Positions 7,801 to 12,578 of a stretch of 12,578 bases of DNA are shown here, in pieces. The stretch covers positions 1-12,578 of the forward strand of contig JBEQAY010000030.1 of the NCBI GenBank assembly GCA_041640075.1, read 5' to 3'. The stretch's first letter is position 1; each line of letters opens with the position of its first letter. The DNA comes from Candidatus Nanohaloarchaea archaeon (GTDB lineage: Archaea; Nanohalarchaeota; Nanosalinia; Nanosalinales; Nanosalinaceae). The notes under the pieces were generated by a model. It made no database searches and had not been told where the DNA came from. It worked only from the letters and a program-made list of their open reading frames with translations. The position numbers and the translations under genes were made by a program.

Positions 7801-8540
7801 CAAACTTTATTGAACTTGAGGCAGAGATGAACGTTACGCCCGATGAACTTGAATACGGTGTGATTCCAGAGGGTGATGATACGACACCGGGCGACATCAG
7901 AGTTGAGAACACAGGTACTGTTGAACTTCAAAATGTAACCATAACTTCCTCAAGCTACGATGTCAGTCAGAATACAGAAGAAGGAGTTCAAACATCTTCG
8001 TCAAGAAACTACACAGTTACACTTAATTCAGTTGAATCATCTCAAGGTCAGATAGAAGTTACGGCATACACGGAAGAAAATGAGATATCTGAAACAGTTG
8101 ATGTCTCTGGATCGACTGTCCAACCTGTTTCAGAGATGAAGAATGATTTAAGGACAAGTGTAAACGATCTTAGAACACAGGCAACATCCACTGAAGCGAT
8201 GACACAGTTAACCGATATCGAGACACAGATAAGCTCTATTCAGACTTCCTGGGACCAAGGCAACTATCAGCAGGCACAGAGCAAGTACCAGACAGCCCAG
8301 TCAGACCTGAGCAGTGTACAGGCTCAAATCCAGAGTAACAGCGACTCGGATTCCACAGGTTCAGGTACTGAAGGCCAGGATGGAACAGGTTCAGAGGAAG
8401 AGAACTCTGGAGGTGGAGGAGGAATTATCATTCTACTCTTCCTCCTGATACTGATACTTGGAGCCGGATTCGTCCTATACACAAGTTACTACCCTGAAGA
8501 GGGCGATCCACTGTACGACGTACTTGGTGAAAGAGAATGA
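4860..8540 (+). CDS. Large acidic membrane-anchored cell-surface (glyco)protein: signal peptide, Ig-like domains, acidic repeat array, helical stalk, C-terminal TM
   Basis: 1226 aa; signal peptide ending ASA; many N-x-S/T sequons; DxDxDG-like motifs; helical heptad segment about 8127-8337; G/S/E linker; TM IIILLFLLILILGAGFVLY at 8424-8480; short tail. Confidence 0.88.
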   Translation: MYSYRRKVIPVLVVLLFSASMASAALSIETFDGDLDINTISPESQAAQIVQVLDGQGEPVNESTLLNASGNEFEYQYDSNWSDMNHIVDGYYYALFETNSTVRNIQYRIIDQSPGGGETSEVEELSTGKLDVDIKNNFTGTFEAGSTVTVEAEVENNGFYYSVYGTDGELIITDNGGFLTYSATEDTLLAGSSPEDGAFLSSTNPWQTSEHVVAMTDSSPNDDWNPGSDLIVLDHYAGGTVSTGQDPAINTGSDDEVDTEGGKMLNEMSVITDSKYFVSSDAELDEGEPVVFDNDSDSIYTAQPDKLIAGNEPSEGTEVTFTNSIPERMGIASYDENTDGAGFDSTEDLVVFDRDDDGMFTDREDVVLFGSTPPEAADLNKSHMTSWTDEDYTTARAGDLEVFDADADGGSWNSSEDGIWIESGDSNGYQETQDTLVAGNPPAGVAPNQVEDLFDQWQNISGYDRNKGDTGFDPDADAVIRDLNGGGTYSENSDTIVAGSVASDSNFGGGTTLTSPDGFPEDWNLDVIESIDGGTWDSSQDTILRDWNDGGTYSPRADQVVNSGGSVDAASGTDLQPVNSVSSDLMWSDVDGDEMYDKGDEIFHDSDDDGLYTAQSDEQLAGLSLDVVEPGTPLQEANLWQETSDDSTPILFHDFYSGDGWDSSDDAIVHDLDEDGAYTGEADRIVEGDRSMAENGDLLTPANATNNSNPNVNAFITTGSNTSQVLQLARTEEGVYTGDIQIPEVHGTRMLVQVTAETPVSDLRGMSSETLRTRAKGIGFDLEYDSVNLGIQKKGEYSREIMVQNLLEDDTNLIDVNVSEELQNITSIDSSLDLPADGNSTLNMTFGVEDIEDAEGEITFTEVETGITEQVEVELNSPECQARTSTLCITSASRVDLVTDERGNFTRSLNMVNIGDKGSERNPEVAIEGNISEHVSIGNLTGFSDQSNLEVNFEADTPGNFSGEMLINSSGEIVIPLTLESNFIELEAEMNVTPDELEYGVIPEGDDTTPGDIRVENTGTVELQNVTITSSSYDVSQNTEEGVQTSSSRNYTVTLNSVESSQGQIEVTAYTEENEISETVDVSGSTVQPVSEMKNDLRTSVNDLRTQATSTEAMTQLTDIETQISSIQTSWDQGNYQQAQSKYQTAQSDLSSVQAQIQSNSDSDSTGSGTEGQDGTGSEEENSGGGGGIIILLFLLILILGAGFVLYTSYYPEEGDPLYDVLGERE
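5364..6962 (+). repeat. Protein-level tandem repeat: 9 degenerate units (last partial) of 59-69 aa
   Basis: Units start at about aa 169, 230, 289, 349, 418, 478, 542, 601, 667; consensus hh-x-D-x-D/N-x-x-G-x-Y-S/T-xxx-D-x-h-h-A-G ... D-x(3-6)-G-W/F-D/N-xxx-D. Confidence 0.8.
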
Positions 8541-8902
8541 TAGAACTTTTCACACAGCTAGTTCAGGGTGTTGGAGAGCTGAATACGGTACTGCTCTTGA
8601 TTGCCCTATTAGTAATTTTTGTGATTGCATTCAAAGTCCTGGAAATGGTGATGCAGACACTTATTGTCTCCGGACTTTCTGGAGGATTCTATCTGGCTAT
8701 AAGCTATTATTTCAGTTCTGTCCAGTTTTCGGTGGAAAGTCTGCTCTTTTTTACCTTGATAGGAGGTAGTCTATACACAGGATACAACTTGATAACTACT
8801 TCAGCTTCTCTAATGACCAAGGCGATCAAGATACCTGTGAAGATGACAAGAAAGTTAATAGAGGTTCTTAAGGATCTCTCCCGGGATGAAAGTTCTTCCT
8901 GA
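8537..8902 (+). CDS. Hypothetical integral membrane protein (about 3 TM plus basic amphipathic C-terminus)
   Basis: 121 aa; hydrophobic segments VLLLIALLVIFVIAF, LIVSGLSGGFYLAISYYF, LLFFTLIGGSLYTGY; ATGA overlap with the upstream stop. Confidence 0.85.
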   Translation: MIELFTQLVQGVGELNTVLLLIALLVIFVIAFKVLEMVMQTLIVSGLSGGFYLAISYYFSSVQFSVESLLFFTLIGGSLYTGYNLITTSASLMTKAIKIPVKMTRKLIEVLKDLSRDESSS

Positions 8903-8910
8903 TTTGATTA

Positions 8911-9597
8911 TCATCCCGAATAAGTGGTTCCGCCAGCTTTAACCTCGTCTACCTCTCCTTTCATTATTATACTGGCGTTCTCGCTGTAGAAAGTGATTTC
9001 TCCGGAGAAAGAGTTAATGTTCAGAGATGTGCTGCCACGTTCAATCACTGTACTGTCCTCTTTCGATGATATCTTGGCGTCAACATCTTGAAGTACCATC
9101 GCCTGTCTTGAAATATTTTCCAGCTTGATTTCCCCGGCATCTGTACCACCAGTGAATCTCATTTGACTGGCCACATTGACTCCAGAAGATGAGAATCCCT
9201 GGTATGTTCCATCGATCCTTGTCATGTTCGTCGTGCTGAAAGTCAAATCACCGGAGTAATCATGGAAAGTGACCGCCTCATCAGAGGTGATATTCCTCTC
9301 CTGGGAAATAAGAGTCGAGAAATGTTTCAGTATGAGTGCATCTGAGTTGACCGATAAATCTGCGTTACCGGAATTAAGTGAAGCCTCAACCGTGACAGAG
9401 TTATTAGGCACTGGCTTCCTGTTCATTTCTCCAAGTACATCAGCAATACCTGAAGGTGAGTTAGTGAACTCACCAATCATGTTCTGAGGATTTATTCCTT
9501 GAAAGTTATCCAGAGAGCCTGAACCACCGGTTCCAACAGCTATAGCTGCTATAGAGGCGAAAACTGCTGCAAGTATTTTTGGATCCATCCCTGCCAT
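8911..9597 (-). CDS. Hypothetical N-terminally anchored or secreted beta-rich protein
   Basis: 228 aa from ATG 9597 (TATA-like TTTTAAAT at 9629-9622; alternative ATG 9588); hydrophobic ILAAVFASIAAIAVG; several N-x-S/T sequons; alternating beta-strand patterns. Confidence 0.82.
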   Translation of the reverse strand: MAGMDPKILAAVFASIAAIAVGTGGSGSLDNFQGINPQNMIGEFTNSPSGIADVLGEMNRKPVPNNSVTVEASLNSGNADLSVNSDALILKHFSTLISQERNITSDEAVTFHDYSGDLTFSTTNMTRIDGTYQGFSSSGVNVASQMRFTGGTDAGEIKLENISRQAMVLQDVDAKISSKEDSTVIERGSTSLNINSFSGEITFYSENASIIMKGEVDEVKAGGTTYSG

Positions 9598-9639
9598 AGA
9601 ACAGTTATACAAGTTTGATTGATTTAAAACCAGTTTACA
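9598..9639. promoter_or_regulatory. 42-bp divergent intergenic region with overlapping promoter candidates
   Basis: Minus-strand TTTTAAAT (9629-9622) and plus-strand TTATAC (9605-9610), each starting 32-35 nt before its start codon. Confidence 0.45.
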
Positions 9640-10197
9640 GTGAGAGCAGTAGTACTGGTTGAACCGGAGATACCGGAGAACACAGGATTCATCGCAAGAC
9701 TCTGTGAAAACTTCGGATTTGAAATCAGATTGGTGAACCCAGAGTTCAATCTGGAGGAAGCCCGGAAAACAGCTTCGAAAGCCCAGGAAAAGCTTCAGGA
9801 AGCCCGTATATATGATTCAGTTGAGGAGTCTATCGAAGACCTTGATTATATAGTTGGAACCAAACCTGGCCGTGGTGTCGAGTTGAAGGAATTTCAACCG
9901 CGGGAGAATACTTCTGTAATGATCGGCCGTGAAAGCTCGGGTCTCACAAATGAAGAACTTGAACTATGCGACGCTGTCGTACATATCCAGACAGGAGAAT
10001 ACTCTTCATTGAACCAGAGTCATGCGGCCGGGATTGTGATGCATGACTTCCAATCTGAATCCCAAAAAGAAGGTATAAATTCGGATCAGAAAGAAATTCT
10101 GGATGAAATGGTCCAAAACGAGAAACTGAAAGAACTTGTTCTGAGGTCTAATCCAACTGAAGATGAATTAAATCATCTTTTAGGCCAATTAAAGTAA
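9640..10197 (+). CDS. trmJ: SPOUT RNA 2'-O-methyltransferase, TrmJ/TrmH family
   Basis: 185 aa, GTG start; VVLVEPEIPENTGFIAR...NFG...LVNP, IGRESSGLTNEELELCD, YSSLNQSHAAGIV. Confidence 0.85.
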   Translation: MRAVVLVEPEIPENTGFIARLCENFGFEIRLVNPEFNLEEARKTASKAQEKLQEARIYDSVEESIEDLDYIVGTKPGRGVELKEFQPRENTSVMIGRESSGLTNEELELCDAVVHIQTGEYSSLNQSHAAGIVMHDFQSESQKEGINSDQKEILDEMVQNEKLKELVLRSNPTEDELNHLLGQLK

Positions 10198-10289
10198 TTA
10201 AAAAAGCTTATAGTTTTCTGGAGCGTGCTAGAATTTTCTACCTCTCTATCAGTGAACGAGTTTAAAAAAATGGGACGCAATCTCTTCTT

Positions 10290-11564
10290 ATGATTCCAGG
10301 ATTGTTCCCGACAGGCGGGGAAGGAAACTTCTTCATGATAATCCAAACCATTACAACCCTGCTATTCTTCGCGCTGATATTCTTCTTCCCGAAGATCATG
10401 CTATGGCAGATAGACAGAAGCATGAGATCAGTGCTCGAGAACCTGGAGACGTTCAGAACAGATACTGAAGAAATGTTCCGTGCCAAGTTCGTCGACAGCT
10501 TCTCACAGGATCTCGAGGAGAAGTTTGAATCGATGAAGAACACCAAGTTCTCCGAGCCTACAGGAATCGACCCTGCAGGAATGGTCGGAAAACTTGAACA
10601 CGTACTTGATACATCAGAAAACAAGTTCAAGAGATTTATAGAGAGAAACGCAGATACAGAAGACGAAGACGAGCTGGCAGATCTCAGCATGGCATTCAAA
10701 GGCGTTATGGGAACCCACCAGCTCTACAAAGTGGTAAGACACTTCAGACAGCTGATCAAGGGAACGCAGAACATCCAGCTTGTAAGTATTGTCAGGATGA
10801 TGCTTCCGATTTACGAGGAAATCGCTGAAAGTCAGAAAGATGCGACACGAGCCTTCCTCGACCAGGCACCGATCGGAGACGCAATCGGACCTCTGGTCGC
10901 AGCAAAGATGATTACAGAAGAACCTGAAGAGATTTCGGAGCAGATAGTTCACTCCGAGGAAGAGTTTGACGACCAGACCATCCATGTACTGAAGTCAAAC
11001 GGTCCTGGTGCAAGACTAGGAAAATACGGAGACGCAGTCGACACCCTGGCCGATGAAAACGATCTTGAAGCCATCATCACAGTCGATGCAGCCCTGAAAC
11101 TTGAAGGAGAAGACACAGGCTCCGTCGCTGAAGGAGTAGGAGTCATGATGGGCGGCCCAGGAGTAGAGAAAACAAAGATAGAGGAAGCAGCAACTGAACA
11201 CGACGTACCGCTTGAAGGAGTAGTCATCAAGCAGAACGCACCGGAAGCTTCCAAAGCAATGAAAAAGGAGATCTTTGACGCCTACCAGGAAGCAGTAGAC
11301 AAGGCAAAAGAACTGGCAGCTGAACATGAAGGTGAAGTAGCAATAGTCGGTGTCGGAAATACATGTGGAGTCGGAAACACGAAAGACTCCACACGTGGAA
11401 TCCACAACCGCCTCAGAAAGTACTGGAAGGAGTACGAAGAGGAAGAAGAGGAAGTCAGCTACATGGGAATGATGAGCATCCTGCCAGCAGGCGGCGACCA
11501 GGCAATGCAACAGGGCAAGCTCCAGAGAATCAGGAAAAAACTGATCTGGGGGATAGTTAGGTAA
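10290..11564 (+). CDS. DUF1512 family membrane-anchored protein
   Basis: 424 aa; N-terminal TM; EPTGIDPAG, LYKVVRHF, PIGDAIGPLVA, GPGARLG, ITVDAALKLEGE.TGSVAEGVGVMMGGPGVEK, GVGNTCGVGN; TATA TTTAAAAA at 10261-10268. Confidence 0.88.
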   Translation: MIPGLFPTGGEGNFFMIIQTITTLLFFALIFFFPKIMLWQIDRSMRSVLENLETFRTDTEEMFRAKFVDSFSQDLEEKFESMKNTKFSEPTGIDPAGMVGKLEHVLDTSENKFKRFIERNADTEDEDELADLSMAFKGVMGTHQLYKVVRHFRQLIKGTQNIQLVSIVRMMLPIYEEIAESQKDATRAFLDQAPIGDAIGPLVAAKMITEEPEEISEQIVHSEEEFDDQTIHVLKSNGPGARLGKYGDAVDTLADENDLEAIITVDAALKLEGEDTGSVAEGVGVMMGGPGVEKTKIEEAATEHDVPLEGVVIKQNAPEASKAMKKEIFDAYQEAVDKAKELAAEHEGEVAIVGVGNTCGVGNTKDSTRGIHNRLRKYWKEYEEEEEEVSYMGMMSILPAGGDQAMQQGKLQRIRKKLIWGIVR

Positions 11565-11588
11565 TGAACTGTTTAACCTAACTACCTC

Positions 11589-11608
11589 TTCCTGATTTTT
11601 TCGGGGAA
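11589..11608 (+). terminator. Possible terminator after DUF1512
   Basis: T6 run at 11596-11601 within an imperfect inverted repeat TTCCTGA...TCGGGGAA. Confidence 0.35.
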
Positions 11609-11641
11609 TAATTATTAAGTGAGAGTTCAGAACAACTGCAT

Positions 11642-12578
11642 ATGGGTTCGGCTAAATCCTTAGGCTTGTTGCTACTTTTTCTCTTTACACTGATTTTATC
11701 ATCGGGTTCAATGGCAGCAGGCACTCAGACGCAGGGAGAAGTGGTAGTTTTCGTTTCCGATGCCGAAGATAACTATCCTCACGCAGGGGTGTTCAACAAT
11801 GTTCTAACTCAGGATAGTTACTACAACGATCAATACGACGATTCTTTCAATATTCAGGACTTCCCTTCAAGCAATCCTATGCAGGTAAACATGTTCGATG
11901 ATGCAGGCAACTTTGGAGAATGGTATGAAGACGCTGGTGTATGCGGACTGTTGATGTTTGACCATGACCCTAGCTCATCTGAGGACGGTGCCGCCAGGTA
12001 CTACCCAGGAGCCCATGTATCTTATGATGGTGTATGGCCTGACTCCGGAAGCAACTTTGAAGGAACTACTTTTGAGGATGGTAATGATCCTACGGGGGAA
12101 GGGACAGCTGAAAACCTGTTCAATGATTTGACAGGAACAGGCTACAACGGTCAATCTATTGATGGAAACACCGGGAATATGGAACTGATAAGAGGTCCAA
12201 ACGACTGGAGACTTAAAGGAGACCTTCTCTGCGGCGACCACAGAGGAAACGGACAGCAAGAATGGAAGATGTGTACTTCCTCTGAAACTGATGGAGATTT
12301 TGTTTTCATAGGCGGTCAGCAGTGGGCATGTGATGGAAGCCAGAGCAGATGGGTAGAAAACGATGAACCTTATGCATTCTTCAGTGTTGACGACGCTAAC
12401 GGTGACGGTACCAATGCTGTAGGAGAAACACTGACGTTTGATGCCTCAAGTTCTTTTGATGACAAGAGCATTGAAAAGTATTTATGGGACTTCAACGGTG
12501 ACGGAGCATATGAGGTGACAAATGACTTCTCAGATACAGAGACACACTCATTCAGTTCACCTGGAGCCCACACTGTCA
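11642..12578 (+). CDS. Secreted PKD-domain surface protein, truncated by the window end (not in ORF track)
   Basis: My translation gives 312 codons with no stop: MGSAKSLGLLLLFLFTLILSSGSMA signal; from 12359 NDEPYAFFSV...VGETLTFDASSSFD..IEKYLWDFNGDG...THSFSSPGAHTV, a classic PKD pattern; TATA-like TTATTAAG at 11612-11619. Confidence 0.9.
   Translation, partial: MGSAKSLGLLLLFLFTLILSSGSMAAGTQTQGEVVVFVSDAEDNYPHAGVFNNVLTQDSYYNDQYDDSFNIQDFPSSNPMQVNMFDDAGNFGEWYEDAGVCGLLMFDHDPSSSEDGAARYYPGAHVSYDGVWPDSGSNFEGTTFEDGNDPTGEGTAENLFNDLTGTGYNGQSIDGNTGNMELIRGPNDWRLKGDLLCGDHRGNGQQEWKMCTSSETDGDFVFIGGQQWACDGSQSRWVENDEPYAFFSVDDANGDGTNAVGETLTFDASSSFDDKSIEKYLWDFNGDGAYEVTNDFSDTETHSFSSPGAHTV

Noticed and set aside
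8458..8769. Alternative-frame plus-strand ORFs (also 2145-2336, 6634-6864, 9269-9487, 11363-11560)
   Set aside because: Overlap better-supported genes and have composition atypical for this proteome
10229..10240. Palindrome TAGAA-TT-TTCTA upstream of DUF1512
   Set aside because: Short and AT-rich; I noticed no recurrence in the window

Overview
Gene-dense archaeal chromosomal segment. The encoded proteins are strongly acidic (Glu/Asp-rich, halophilic type) but the DNA is not high-GC, spacers are tiny and several enzymes are shortened. This fits a Nanohaloarchaeota (DPANN) genome, which is an inference. Left half: the start of a divergent minus-strand gene, the conserved archaeal rpl21e-rpoF-DUF655-rsmA(ksgA) cluster, a small secreted hypothetical, CTP synthase (pyrG) and a HemK2/PrmC-type methyltransferase. 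Right half: a 1226-aa membrane-anchored surface protein, an overlapping 3-TM protein, a convergent anchored beta-rich protein, a TrmJ-like SPOUT methyltransferase, a DUF1512 protein and the 5' part of a secreted PKD-domain protein missing from the ORF track. The main leads are (i) a 9-unit ~60-aa acidic repeat array, itself built from a higher-order duplication and apparently inserted into an Ig-like domain of the large surface protein, (ii) a two-hairpin rpl21e leader that places the Shine-Dalgarno in a stem-loop and carries an in-frame 18-codon uORF, and (iii) a DUF1512 putative membrane protease with a long C-terminal extension. I saw no RNA genes, CRISPR arrays or mobile elements. All family calls come from motif recognition by eye, not from database searches.
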